Below, in pieces: positions 48,259 to 61,009 of a DNA stretch of 64,000 bases (positions within the stretch are counted from its first letter, which is position 1; each line of letters opens with the position of its first letter). Below the pieces are notes generated by a model, which saw only the letters and a program-made list of their open reading frames with translations, had not been told where the DNA came from and did no database searches. This DNA comes from Narcine bancroftii (lineage: Eukaryota). Both the position numbers and the translations under genes were made by a program. Location of the stretch: positions 348,874,001 to 348,938,000 of the forward strand of contig NC_091469.1 of assembly GCF_036971445.1 (NCBI RefSeq), given 5' to 3'.

Positions 48259-48859
48259 GTTTAATAATTAAAAATAATATTTTAAATATAATACTGTCTG
48301 GGCAAATCTTTATCGCTGCTGTTGTGTACATAACAATAGTCACAACTCTAAAGAAAAATAGAGATATAGATCTAGAGAAACAAGCTTTAGGGATGATACA
48401 TTTAAAATGTGGAAAATACCTTTTTCTTTTATCTATTTGAACTCCGTATTTTTTTTTAAACTTGATATATGAATCCTTTCATTGGTGTTTGAAAATAAAA
48501 GCCAAATGAATCATTCTGGACCAAAGTTACCTATTATAATTAAATTTGTCTGTTGCAGTGAATGGAATAATTGTTGCAGACTTTTGAAGAAGTCCCTGTA
48601 ATCTGTAAATTATAATGAAGCATTGTATATTACCATATCAATATTTTAGCATTATTTAAAAATTAGGTCAAAATATATGTTATTATGGAGTATCCTATCA
48701 AAGTTCACTGGCATATTGTCCATTATACTGTAAGAATTAAGGAGATTAGCCAAAGCTCCAGTAGCCTAATGATATGAGGAGGGAACGATGACAGATGTAA
48801 GTGTTAATACTTTTTGAAACCAGTCATTTTGGTCTGTGTTAAATTCTCAAATTGCAGCT

Positions 48860-49090
48860 GAGCAGGTCACAGAGGTTATGGGTTAGAGAACATAAGATGA
48901 GACATGTTCCATTTCTGATCACTAGCCTGAAAGGCCTGTTTCAGGTGCTCAGTGATTAACAACACCTGAAAACAAGATAGCTGGATGGAGATGCCTCAAC
49001 TTGTCAAATTTCCTCCATGTCAAGCCTCACACAAGTACAATGACCATTTGATTGGACCGAGCAGAGCACTTGTGAGCTCCTTTATCCCAA
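48860..49090 (+). mobile_element. Possible LF-SINE-like remnant
   Basis: gatgcc...tgtcaagcctcacacaagtacaatgaccatttg resembles the recalled LF-SINE 3' core; highly diverged. Confidence 0.3.
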
Positions 49091-49567
49091 TAGAATTACA
49101 CTGCAAAGAAGAAAAGTAAAAACATTATGTTAGCTACCCATTTTAACCATTTGTGGTCGATTCAATATTTTATATTATTTAAAAATGTTTACCATGTTTG
49201 AATATTTCTTTTTAATTGTTTATTTTATTTTATGAGCTTTGAATGAGTTTGAGCAAACTCTATAGAATGGAGGCTTAGCCTCCTCAATCTCTTCTTTACA
49301 GGGAAATGTTTCATCCCTTGTGGATCTTCTTGCACTATTAAAGAGGGTCATTTTTTAAAGTAAGAAGGCCAATGCTGTATAAGTCTTGGCCAATCATGTA
49401 TTCCTCGCCTGTATGCTAACTCCTACCAGTATTGCCAGGTCACATGAAGTATTAACTACAGGAATAGTCTAATGTATTTTAAAATTTAGAAGTCAGGAAC
49501 ATGTACTGCTGAAAGAACGCAAAAGTCAATAATTAAATATATTGCCTTCCAGGTAAATTGCTTTCCA

Positions 49568-50518
49568 GCGTGGATTCGATGCTTGCGGATTCTGCCAGCT
49601 CGAGTACTTCGATGTTGGTGATGAAGTCATTCCAATGAATGTTGAGGATGGAACGGAGACAGCGCTGATGGAAGCATTCTAGGAGCTATAGGTGATGCCA
49701 GTAGAGGACCCATGATTCAGAGCTGAACAGGAGCGTGGGTATGACAATGGTTCTGTACACACTGGTCTTTGTGTGTTTCTTCAGGTGGTTGTTTTTCCAG
49801 ACTCCTTTGTGTAGTCTTCCAAAGGCGCGATTTGCCTTGGCGAGTCTGTGGTCTATCTCTTTGTCGATCCTTGCATCAGATCAAATGGTGCAGCCGAGGT
49901 AGGTAAACTGGTTGACTGTTTTGAGTTCTGTGTGCCCGATGGAGATGTGGGGGGACTGGTAGTCATGGTGGGGAGCTGGCTGATGGAGGACCTCAGTTTT
50001 CTTCAGGCTGACATCAACATCGAAGTACTCGAGCTGGCAGTATCTGCAAGCATCGAATCCACGCTGCTGAAGGCCCAAGTGCTCTGGGTGGGTCACATCT
50101 CCAGAATGGAGGACCATCGCCTTCCCAAGATCGTGTTATATGGCGAGCTCTCCACTGGCCACTGAGACAGAGGTGCAGCAAAGAAGAGGTACAAGGACTG
50201 CTTAAAGAAATCTCTTGGTGCCTGCCACATTGACCACTGCCAGTGGGCTGATTTCGCCTCCAACTGTGCATCTTGGCACCTCACAGTTCGGCAGGCTGCA
50301 ACCTCTTTCAAAGAAGACCTCAGAGCCCACCTCACTGACAAAAGACAAAGGAGGAAAAACCCAACACCCAACCCCAACCACTCAATTTTCCCTTGCAACT
50401 GCTGCAACCGTGCCTGCCTGTCCCGCATCAGACTTGTCAGTCACCAACGAGCCTGCAGCAGATGTGGACATACCCTTCCATAAATCTTCGTCTGCGAAGC
50501 CAAGCCAAAGAGAAGAAA
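49568..50518 (+). mobile_element. RTE-clade LINE with 5' inversion
   Basis: The minus part 49568-50011 encodes VSLKKTEVLHQPAP...FTYLGCTI. The plus part 50012-50518 encodes SIESTLLKAQVLWVGHISRMEDHRLPKIVLYGEL...CNRACLSRI. 13-bp TSD aaattgctttcca (49555-49567 / 50519-50531). Confidence 0.92.
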
Positions 50519-50544
50519 AAATTGCTTTCCATAAGAATGATCAT

Positions 50545-51071
50545 GACCTCGTTGATCTTGGGCTTGTATAGCGCCTGTAGTTCAGCCATCACCTCTGAGG
50601 AGGTCGTGCAGCTTCTGATGACCTGGAAAGCCCTCTGGCTGACTCTTGCCTATAGTACCTTTAGCCTCTTTTCGTCCGAATTTACCACTCCAGCAGCGGC
50701 CTCCACGAAGTTGTTCAAACAGTTGACCCACTGCTCGAAGTGCTCCGATGCACCCGGGACTTGGGGATCCACTTCTAGCCGATCGGGGCGCAGCAACTTC
50801 CCCATTACTGGAGACGTTAACATTTTTGTGCAATAAATTATTGGATACTATCAGTTGCCCCAATAATTACAATGACAAAGACTTGAGGGGAATGATAGGC
50901 TTTATTTCACAAAAGACTTGAGCTGGCCTGGATCCAAACTAGGGAAGTGCAGGGAAGGGAAAGGTGGCCCGACCTTTATGGCCTGGGTCCCAGGGGAGGA
51001 GTCCAGGTAAGAGTGTCATCAGGGGGCGGGCCAGCCTGAGCCAATTAGTATATACAAACCATACCATCACA
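50545..51071 (-). mobile_element. Gypsy 5' LTR plus first ~87 codons of gag (truncated)
   Basis: The LTR starts TGTGATGG at 51071 and has a TATA-like cataaag and AATAAA. From ATG 50805 the minus strand reads MGKLLRPDRLEVDPQVPGASEHFEQWVNCLNNFVEAAAGVVNSDEKRLKVL*ARVS...YKPKINEV, a Gypsy Gag N-terminus. Confidence 0.8.
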
Positions 51072-51351
51072 CTGTGACATACAGCAGAGTTCAATTACTG
51101 GTGGGCAATCCTAGTCATGACTCATGCGAGTGATATTTAGCTACCAGGCTGTGATGTTGAAGATCATTTATCTAGTTTTGCTGCATCAAAAACAGTTGAT
51201 ACTTTTAATGTAATCGGAAAAGCGGTTCAATTTCAATAAAACTATAAGTTTATGATGCCACTTGGAGTAATGTTGGGGTGAAAAAAACTGACCAGTACAA
51301 CACACTTAAAAGAGTATTTCATGTTATACTTGCACAGTAATTTTTCTTGAG

Positions 51352-51620
51352 ACAGCATGGTTGGTGTAGCAGTTAGCGCAATGGCTTTACAGCGTCAGCA
51401 ATTGGGACTGGGGTTCAAATTCCATGCTCTCTGTTCTGAGTTTGTACGGTCTCCCTGTCTGTGTGGATTCTTCCCAGGGGCTCCAGTTTCCTCCCACTGT
51501 TCAAAAAACGTACTGGGGGTGTACGTTAATTGGCTCTAAATTGGGCAGCATGGACTCGTGGGACAAAATGGCCTGTTACCTTGCTGTATGTTTAATTTTA
51601 AAAAAAATTAAAGAAAAATA
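51352..51620 (+). mobile_element. tRNA-derived V-SINE/HE1-like SINE
   Basis: A-box-like tggtgtagcagttag, B-box ggttcaaattcc, central gctccagtttcctcccac domain, CR1-like tail and A-rich end. Confidence 0.85.
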
Positions 51621-52104
51621 AATTATTGTTAAGAAATTGATTTGCACTACCAACTTCATAAAAGGCCACATCATCCATTATAGGGCTTGCATACATCTGA
51701 CATACTAATTAATGCAGATGGTATCTGCTGTGATGTCCTCAGGCCAATCATGGTAAAGCAGGGGGTTGCTTGAACAGATTGTGTTTGTGTGAGGAATCCT
51801 TGTCAGATAAATCTCATTTGATCTCCCTGGCACACCATCATCCCCAACTCATCATAATATAGCCTCTCAGGTCTCAATATTTGCTGGATCTATCCCCTAT
51901 TTCAATCTGCATGCCTGGTCAGTGGCCTTTGACCAAACACACCCGCAAATAAAATACACCCTCCACTGACCAGGCCACAAAGTATTGAATGCTTCCCAGA
52001 CAACAAAGGGCAATTGATTACCACCTCCTGAGAATGCCAATGATACTGTCTCACCCAAAAACCAACCCTTACCCTGAGTGTCCATAATAATTGAGTGGCA
52101 TGAC

Positions 52105-52300
52105 GAGCATAGTGGATAGAACAATGCTATTGCAGCACCACGGTTCAATTCCAGCACTAACTATATATATGCTATCCCCCATGTCTGTGTGGGTTTCCTC
52201 CAGATGTTCCTGTATATTCCCACCCTTCAAAGTGGGTTTGTAGGTTAATTGGTTGACTTGGGGGCAGCAGGCCTCATGGCCTATCATCGCACTATATCAT
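52105..52300 (+). mobile_element. Older tRNA-derived SINE copy
   Basis: B-box ggttcaattcc and gtctgtgtgggtttcctcc core. Confidence 0.7.
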
Positions 52301-52511
52301 AAACTTCCCTAAACCCTGTGCCTCATTGATTGAAAACCTCAACCTATTCCTGCACCCCACCCTCAGGCCACTTTTCTCCACAAAATCAGATTGGCAGTGA
52401 GTTTACTGTTCCTTAATATTTCCAACTCTATTTATAATGTGTAACCTGCTAGGGATTGTACAATACTGAATTTCCCAGGGACAACTTCACGAGCACAATT
52501 GAGTAAAATAC

Positions 52512-53007
52512 GAAAGTCTGCAGGTGAAGTAAAACCACAATGCTGGAGAATCTCAGCAGGTCAAAGAGCGTACTTTATATAGCAAAGATAAAGATACATA
52601 ACCAACGTGTCGGGGCCAAGCCTTCATCAATGTATGAGACCAATGTCAACTGGCACCTAAATAAAATAATGGGGAAGCAGCATAGGCCCACAGGCAAGCG
52701 GTCATAGGTGGATAAGGGAAGAGGGCACAACACCGAACAGATGGAGGGGTTGGTTCTGTAAATGGTGAGGGAAGGGTGTGGAGAGCTACAGGAAAGGAAA
52801 CAGAGGGATAGGGAAGATAGGGAGAACCAGGAGTGGTCTAGCAGGAACCTGAGAAGTCAGTGTTAATGCCATCTGGTTGGAGAGTGCCTAGATGGAATAT
52901 TAAGTGTTGCTCATCCAATTTACGGGTGGCCTTAGTTTGGCAGTGCATGAGAACATGAACAAATATGTTGGTGCGGGAGTGGGGCACAGAATTAAAATGG
53001 TTGGCCA
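52512..53007 (-). mobile_element. Penelope remnant (continues at 58711-58830 after the L1 insertion)
   Basis: Colinear with 20610-21175. The sequence aaatggttggccac|tgagaaatccctg is split by the L1. Confidence 0.85.
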
Positions 53008-53499
53008 TGGGGGTCATGCCTCATGATGATGGTGGGTGGGGGGGAGGAGTGGCACATGATGATGTGGCGCTAGACTTGAATTCTCTACTCCGAAAAAGAA
53101 GCCTGAACTGACGGCAAAAAAATAGAAGAGGAAGCAGTTGGAAGGCCTTCAGAACACTAAACAATGCCTCATAAGAAAGATAAACTGACTGTTACTTTTC
53201 AATAATGAACAAGTAAAATAAGTTGATGAAGAAGAGAGGATGACCTTGAAGAAGGACCCTGGAGCTCTCCGGAAGGCAAGTGCCTGTGGTGACAGACCTG
53301 GAGCTGGGGAGACCTTGGACATCGCTGTATAAGGACTCCCCTGACAATGGCCCACTCCCACGTGTGAAGAAGAGACACTGTGCATGTGCAACTCCTCACA
53401 CATGCACAGAGCACAAAAAAAGAGGCAATTTAAAAAAAGCTCAAGAAGCCTCCAGGTCCAGTGATGAAGAAGAGGAGCAGGAAGAAGAACAAATGTACG

Positions 53500-54340
53500 T
53501 TGAACAGGGAGTTTTAGGCAAAAAAAAAGAGGAGAAAATAAAAATGCCTTATATATCTACACCTGAAATGAAGAAGTGTTTGGAATCTTTCCAGCAAACT
53601 TGGTTAAAGTTAACAATGGAAGCTAAAAAAATGTAATGAGGGTATAATTGAAAATCAGGGTTCTATGAAGAAGGTGGAAAGAATGCAATCACAAATAGAA
53701 CAAAAATTTGAGGTGATAGATGCAAAAATTAAAGGTAATGAATTTGAAATTCAGCATGTTAAAGAGCAAATGAAGAAGGTTCAAGCTGAGGCAACTGCAA
53801 CAAAAGAATGATTAACTCAAAAAATTGATATGTTAGAATATTTTAGTGGAAGAAATTATCTAAAAATTTTTTCGACTTAAGGAAGGCGACAATGGGCAAG
53901 ATATGAAGAGATTTTTACAATGTTGGATTCCGCAAACTTTGCGGGTAACTGAATTTCAAGGAGATATTGAGATTGAAGGAGCTCATTGAGCATTAAGACT
54001 TAAGCCACAGCGAGATCAGAAGCCATGTTCAATTCTGGTCAAGTTGTTTCATATGAAGTGAGGGAGAAGATCTTGGAGCTGGCTGCGAAACAAGCAAAGG
54101 AGAGACAATCGACATTGATTTATAATGATGATAAGGTTTTCTTTAACCCTGATATAAGTTTTAATTTGTTGAAAAGAAGATAAGAATGTAATGCTGTTAA
54201 AAATGTGCTATGGAAAATTTTTGTTTTAAGGCACACACCAGTGTTAAACAGATTTGTTACTGAGGGTAAAAATTGATTTTTTACAGAATCCAATGAAGTT
54301 AAAGTGTTTGCGGATTTGTTGCCTGAGAAAATGAGATGAG
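53500..54340 (+). pseudogene. L1 ORF1 remnant (coiled coil + RRM/CTD)
   Basis: KIDMLEYFSGRNYLKI, DIEIEGAH*AL, FFNPDISFNLLKRR; multiple stops and frameshifts. The start is approximate. Confidence 0.7.
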
Positions 54341-54810
54341 AACGAGGAGATATCTGAAGAGAGAGAGGAAGTGGAAAGATTGCAATTGGGGATGTAAAAT
54401 TAAATGATATAAGTTTTAGGAGGAGATGGAATATTGGAGAAAAAAAGTTTTTACCCAATAGATCTGTGTAAAAAAGTGAATTGATCATTGTAAATTTGAG
54501 TAGATTTGAGGGATAAGATTCGGGGGAGTTAGGTGAGAGTGTGTGCCTGGCCTCTGTGGAATCTAGTGGGAAGGTGTGGTTTTCGATCACATCTCCTATA
54601 GATCAGGGGCATAAAGATGCACTGTTAATAATGTACATCCTTGGGGGGGGGGGGGGTAGGGCTTCTGTTCTTTTCTTCGTTTCCATTCTTTTTTTCTTTT
54701 TAATACACCTAAATTTAATAATTGTATTATGAAATATTTAGTTATTATTTTGGATGTAGGAGGAGTGGAGATGGAATGTTAGACAATTATTGGATTTTAT
54801 GAGAGTTTAG

Positions 54811-57800
54811 ATGGCTGAAAAATTGAATTTTATTAGTATTAATATTAATGGGATTCAGAATCAAATAAAGCAAAAAAAAATATCAGTTTATTTGAAAAAT
54901 ATTAAAACAGATATAACTTTTTTTTACAGGAAACGCAGTTGAAGGAAAAGGATCATTAAAAAAAGAGATTGGGTAGGAACAGTAATAGCATCATCTATTA
55001 ATTCTAAGGCAAGAAATACGACAATATTAATTAATAAAAATTTACCAGTTAAAATATTGTATATTAATATAGATGTAGCAGGGAGGTATGTTATGGTGAA
55101 TTGTCAGATTTATTTGGAACAATGGACCTTATGATTGTAAATGCACCAAATGTAGATGATGGCAAATTTATGCAAGATGTCTTTATGAATTTATCAAATG
55201 CCAAGGGAAAAGTTATATTGGGAGCGTATTTTAATTTTGCTTTATATAGTAAATTAGATAGATCAGAAGATAGAATTATGAAAAATAAGGTAGCAAAATG
55301 TAAACAGATTTAATGAAAAATCCACCCAAATGAAAGAGATTATTCTTTTTATTCTTTTCAATTTAAGACATATTCATGGATAGATATGTTTTTAATTTCT
55401 GCACGACTTCAATATAGAGGACCAAGAGTGGAATATCAAGTGCGAGTTTTATCAGATCATTCACCTTTAATTTTATCTATTTCATTGGAAGAAGAATAAA
55501 GGGTAGGTTATTGATAGAGGTTAAATAAGATTTTTTTGGAAAAGGAATTTTGTGATTTTATGAGGCAACAGATACATTTTTTTTCGAGATACTAATAAGG
55601 ATTCAGTTGTGAGCAAGTTTGTATTATGGGATTCAAAGAACGCATATTTGAGAGGTCAAATAATAAGTTATACTTCAAAAATAAAGAATATATAAAAGAA
55701 GTAACTCAATTTGATAAAGAAATAATGAAATTGAAGAAGGAAATTCAAGTACATAAAGATGAGAAGGAAAATTGTGTGCAAACATAGAGTGGAGAGAGAT
55801 ATAATGAGAACATGACAAAAATGTTATGAGTTGGGTGAAAGAGCTCATAAAGTTTCAGCATGGCAATTAAAAATGGAACAGATTTCCAGAACAATAATTG
55901 CTACAAAGAAATTGTCAGGACAGATAACTTATAAAATGCAAGAAATAAATGATCATTTTAAAGACTTTTATGCTAAATGTTATCATTCAGAGTCTAAGAG
56001 AGATGATAATAAACTAAGAGATAATTTGAGTCAAAATAAATTATCAGTGGTAAAGGAGGATGAAAAGATAAGATTGAGAATTGTTCAGGAAAATAAGTTT
56101 ATAAGACTCTAATGTCCCTACAGCATAGTAAAGACAGTTTCTCACCAGAATTATATGAAGGATTTAAGGAGCTATTAATAACCTGTATTGATGGAGATAT
56201 TAACTCAAATGAAAGAGGTTTATGATCTACCCAAATCTTTTAAAACAGCATTAATAACTGTTACTCCAAAAAAATGGAAAGACTGTTTAAAGCCATCTTC
56301 ATATAGACCTACATCATTTTTCAATACAGACTATAAAATTGTATCATAATTGTTAACTAATCGGTTGGTTAAATTTTTGCCAAAATTAATAAATTTAGAT
56401 CAAACTGGTTTTATTAAAAATAGAAAAGCAGCAGATAATATAGTTACATTTTTAAGTTTGGTAAATATAGCACAAAATAGGAAGATTCCCATGTTAGTGG
56501 TAGCATTAGATGCATAGAAAGCATTTGATCAATTTGAATGGGATTTTTTATTTGAGACACTTAATGCTTTTGGGATTCCAAATACTTTTATAAACTGGAT
56601 AAAGGCACTCTATGATCACCCAAAAGCAAAAGTGATTACGAATAAACAAACCTCACAACCCTTTTTGCTTGAAAGGTCTCTAGATAACATTGTCCATTAT
56701 CACCCTTTTTGTTTGCATTAGTGATTGAACTATTGGCAGAATTAATTAGAACTGATAATGAAATTAAAGGATTTGAAGTAGGTAATAAAGAACATAAAAT
56801 TAGTTTATTTGCTGATAATGTTATAATATATTTAATGAGATGAGAAATATATTTAAATAAGCTGAATGAGAGATTAAAAGAGTAATGGTTATAAAGTCAA
56901 TGTTAATAAAAGTGAAATAATGCCTATGTTGGATATGGATTGCTCTCAATATAAAAGATTGACAAAATTAAAGTGGCAAAATGAAGCAATTAAATACTCA
57001 GGAATTAAAATTAGTAGAAATATAAGTAATTTGTTTAAACTAAATTATTTGCAAATTCTTAAAAAAATTGGAAGAGGATTTGAAAAGATGGAAAGATTTA
57101 CAAATAACCAAGGATGAGTGAATTGTATTAAAATTAATATTTATTCCAAGAAAACAATATTTGTTTAAATCATTGCCCATTCAAGTACCAAAATTTTTTT
57201 TTCAAAACTTGTATAAAATAATACATGAATTTCTTTGGAAAGGTAAGATGTCAAGAATTGGTTTAGAAAAATTAATGTGGAAATTTGATCGGGGTGGTCT
57301 AAGACTACCAAACTTTAAGAATTATTTTAAAGCAACTCATTTGAAGTTTTTGCCATCCTGTTATCAACAGAATGAAACACCAGCTTGGATTCAAAAGGAA
57401 ATTAATAAAATTAATGAAACTATTCCAGAGTTAATTCTGTATAAATTAAATAGTGAATTTAAAGGAACTAAAGATTTTTCAGTATTTTTTTAACATTTTT
57501 GAAACATATGGAATAGAATTCATGTTGAGAGAGGAATTAAAAATTATCAATTACCAATAATCTTAAAACAAAATCAACTTCTTCCTTTTACTTTGAACAG
57601 TTCTTTATTTGATAATTGGTTTAGTAAAAGAATACAGAGAATTAAAGATAGTTCCTTAGGATTTTTTCTTAATTTTTGATTAATTAAATGATTTAAAAAA
57701 TATATATATATATAATATGAATTTTGAACATTATCAATTAAAAATATATTTGAAAAAGAGTGGGAGCAGATTTGAGACTCCATAAACAGTCAATTTGAAA

Positions 57801-58480
57801 ATATAATAACAGACACATTTGTTGTTAAGAAATGTATTACTAATATGTATATAAAATTACAAGAGACTAAAGAAAAAAGATTAATATAAATCAAAAATCC
57901 GATGGGAGAAAGATTTGAATATGCAAATTCAGAAGGAGATTTGATCAAAATTATGTGATGAAAGTGTTACTAAAACAATAAATGTTAGATATCAAATGGT
58001 TCAATATAATTTTCTTCATCAATTATATTATACTCCACATATGTTAAATGGACGTAATCCTAATTATTCAAGTAAGTGTTTTTGATGTGCAAAAGAAATA
58101 GGGACTTCTTTGCATTCAGTGTGGTCTTGTGAAAAAGTGGAAAGTTTTGGATGAATTGAATTTATTATTAGGGGAAATTATGAAGATAAAAATACCAAAG
58201 GATCTAAGAATATTTTTACTTGGGGATATTTATGAAAAGGATATAAAATTTAAATTGGTCCAATGCCAATAAATTTTTTCAAGTATTGCAATAGCAACTG
58301 CAAAGAAATGTACAGCGATATCATGGAAAGATGATCGAGAAGTGTTATTAAGTAGATGGCTTAGTGAGATGAGAAATTGTATACTTTGGAAAAAATTACA
58401 TATAGTTTAAGAAATCGAGTGGAGAATTTTTGATAGTATTTGGAAACCATATACGGATTTTATGGATAATTTTCCATCCA
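54811..58480 (+). pseudogene. L1 ORF2 remnant (APE endonuclease + RT + Cys-rich C-terminus)
   Basis: MAEKLNFISININGI start, LQET, SDHSP (55452-55466), DQTGFIK, SLFADNV (~56802-56820), GGLRLPNFKNY; many stops and frameshifts. Confidence 0.9.
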
Positions 58481-59737
58481 CCTCTTCTATCTTTTTCACT
58501 CCTCTTAATTAGTATCATTTTAATAAAAATTAATGTTTGTCTATGCTAATATTATTGTATATTAAATGATAGGTGTTTCTTTCCTTTTCTTACTTTTGGG
58601 TGGGAGGGGGGATGGTAAGAAAAATATAAAAGTTTTTTGTATCATTGACTATGGATATTTGATTTTTTTTTTCCCTGTAATGATGCAAGCAATTAAATAA
58701 CATTTTTTTAAAAATGGTTGTCCACTGAGAAATCCCTGTCATTGATGCAGTCTGTATGAATGTGCTTGGGAAAAGCAATCTCCCTATCTGCTTCCCGTCT
58801 CTCTGATGTAGAGAAAGCCACAATGGGATAATCATGATCTCAAGCACAATGCTTGTTAGTTAACTGCATATTCTCTATTTAATAAGCCTAACTGGGGACT
58901 ATTTATCTTTTACCCATTTGCTTCTTTAAGAATAAAATTGCACTGCTTATTTAATTAAGACCAACCCCTTTTAACATCTGGCCCCTGAAACATAACTGCT
59001 CCCTGCCATTTTGTAATACTTGTTTTGTAAAACTATAATCTAATTATTAAATTTGTTATATAAGGAAAGAAACAGTGAAAATGAAAAGAATGAAGCAGAA
59101 CAACTTATGTTAATCATATTAAGATTTTTGTAAGTAGCTGAAGTATCATCTCTAAAATACATCACAGCAATTCACTAAAGTTTCTAAATAAGTACCATCT
59201 AAATCAATAACTGCCAGTGTCTCAGGAGTAAGGAGAATAATTAGGTCCCACAACATCCTGTCTTGGAAATATTTTCTGTTCCTTCACTACCACTGGAACT
59301 GCTTCATGGAGTTTCTATCCAACAAAAGTGTGCACATTCACCACAATGACTACTGCAGGTCAAGATGAGCTCCCACCACATTCAAACCAGAAATGATAAC
59401 TGCAATACCTTTACCTGCATCCTGTGGATGAATGACACACATGTTAGTTTTCCTTAAATGCCAGAGAAATATTTCTAATGAAGGAGCTGATGGATGAGTC
59501 ACAGTTATGCTTCACTGCAACAGTATAGCATTTGTCCCATCACTCACCTCAGTAGACCACACAACCTGGATTTCCTGGAAGTGAAGCAGAAAAGTGGAAC
59601 TGAACTGAAAGATCAACCATGATTTATTGAATGGCACAACAAGGTCAATGGCTTTTTGATGTTGCCAGATTTTCACATCAGATAATACAGTTATTAAAAT
59701 ATACAAGGTACACATGCGTGCACACTTTGTTGTTAAG

Positions 59738-60090
59738 TTCATGTTCAAGTTTATTATTGCCTGATTTTTACAAATGCATCAAGACAAAACAAAGTCTCTC
59801 CAGGCCATGGTGCACACATGACTAAACACACACACAATACACAGTACATAATGTTCACTTAAATAATCAGAATAATTATATATAAATATTTGGGATGATT
59901 TCCATCTCACTGGATACTGTTCATCAATCTCACAGCCTGTGGGAAGAAGCTATTCCCCAGACGGGCAGTCCTGATTTTGATCCATTCTTGATGGTTATGT
60001 GGTAAAGATACTGTGCACTGGATGGAAAATGTCCTCTATAATTCCTTGAACACTATTTAGACAATGCTCTCATTAAATGTTGTCGATGTA
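59738..60090 (-). mobile_element. Rex/Babar-type LINE 3' remnant
   Basis: gttcatgttcaagtttattattg tail, then ctcacagcctgtgggaagaagctattcccc. Confidence 0.6.
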
Positions 60091-61009
60091 CACTGGATTT
60101 ACAACCCTGTGAAATCTTGAAGAGCTTCAAATTTAAAATCATAAGTCGGTGACATTCATTTAGGGAGGACATTGCATGTTCCTCATAATATAATTTTAAC
60201 ATCTTGTTAGATTTTTTTTGTTCCCTTAAAAATTTGGTTTAATTGATGGAAAATGTCAGTTACTAAATGCACAGAACCTTGTATTTAATCAAACAAGCAC
60301 AATAGCAATGTCTATGGACATGGCAAAAAAAAATCACAATTGCAGTCTATAAACATAGAGCAAAAGAAAAGATTGAAGTTCAAAACAAATATAAAATATA
60401 TGAGTTTGACAAGTTTACAGGTGTAAACAAAGCTTTTCACTGCAGGTATGTCAATCTAAAATGGCTATATGCTTGACTGTCAAGAGAAGCAGGTTCATAT
60501 CTGTAATGTTCAAATCCTAAGCAAAGGTAATGAATCAAAGCAAATCTAACAGTGTAATTACTTCACAAAAGGGAAGTTTTCACTCAAGGTTACATACAAA
60601 TGTAACTAATGTAAGAAGTGGTAAATTAGATTTATATGGTAAGCATAGAGAGATGCTGGAAAGTTACAACAGATATTGGTCTATGAATTATTTTGGATGC
60701 AATGATAACCATAAGGACTGAAGAAGAACATTTTTGAATGTTAGAATAACTGTTCAAGGAATATGGGAACAATGTAAAGAGGCAGGTGTATATTTATATA
60801 GAAAGGAAGAGTGATTATGGGCTGAGAGTAAATGCAAATGGGCTGTAAGGAAACAAAGACAAGGGGGAATCAAATGTGAAAGCAAAGAGACTGAAAACTT
60901 TGGACAATTGACATCTGCCTTGGCAATGGTTCAGGATTCTACTGGAATTTTGCAAGATTCTGCAACAATGCTAAGGCCCAGGTATATGTTACTCAAAAAA
61001 ACGATATGA

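Larger units (their letters stand above)
47001..48335 (+). mobile_element. Long solo LTR (~1 kb excluding the nested LTR)
   Basis: TGTAATG...CATAACA termini and 4-bp TSD ATAG (46997-47000 / 48336-48339). Strand assignment is tentative. Confidence 0.7.
53008..58710 (+). mobile_element. Near full-length (~5.7 kb) decayed L1/Tx1-type LINE
   Basis: 5' UTR, ORF1 and ORF2 remnants, G-rich 3' UTR. 14-bp TSD aaaatggttggcca (52994-53007) / aaaatggttgtcca (58711-58724) at a TT/AAAA target. Confidence 0.92.

Noticed and set aside
50393-50836. 147-aa plus-strand ORF
   Set aside because: Chimeric reading across the RTE 3' end and the antisense of Gypsy gag.
53280-53636. 118-aa acidic/basic ORF as a host gene
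   Set aside because: Lies inside the TSD-bounded L1; best explained as the 5'/ORF1 N-terminal region.
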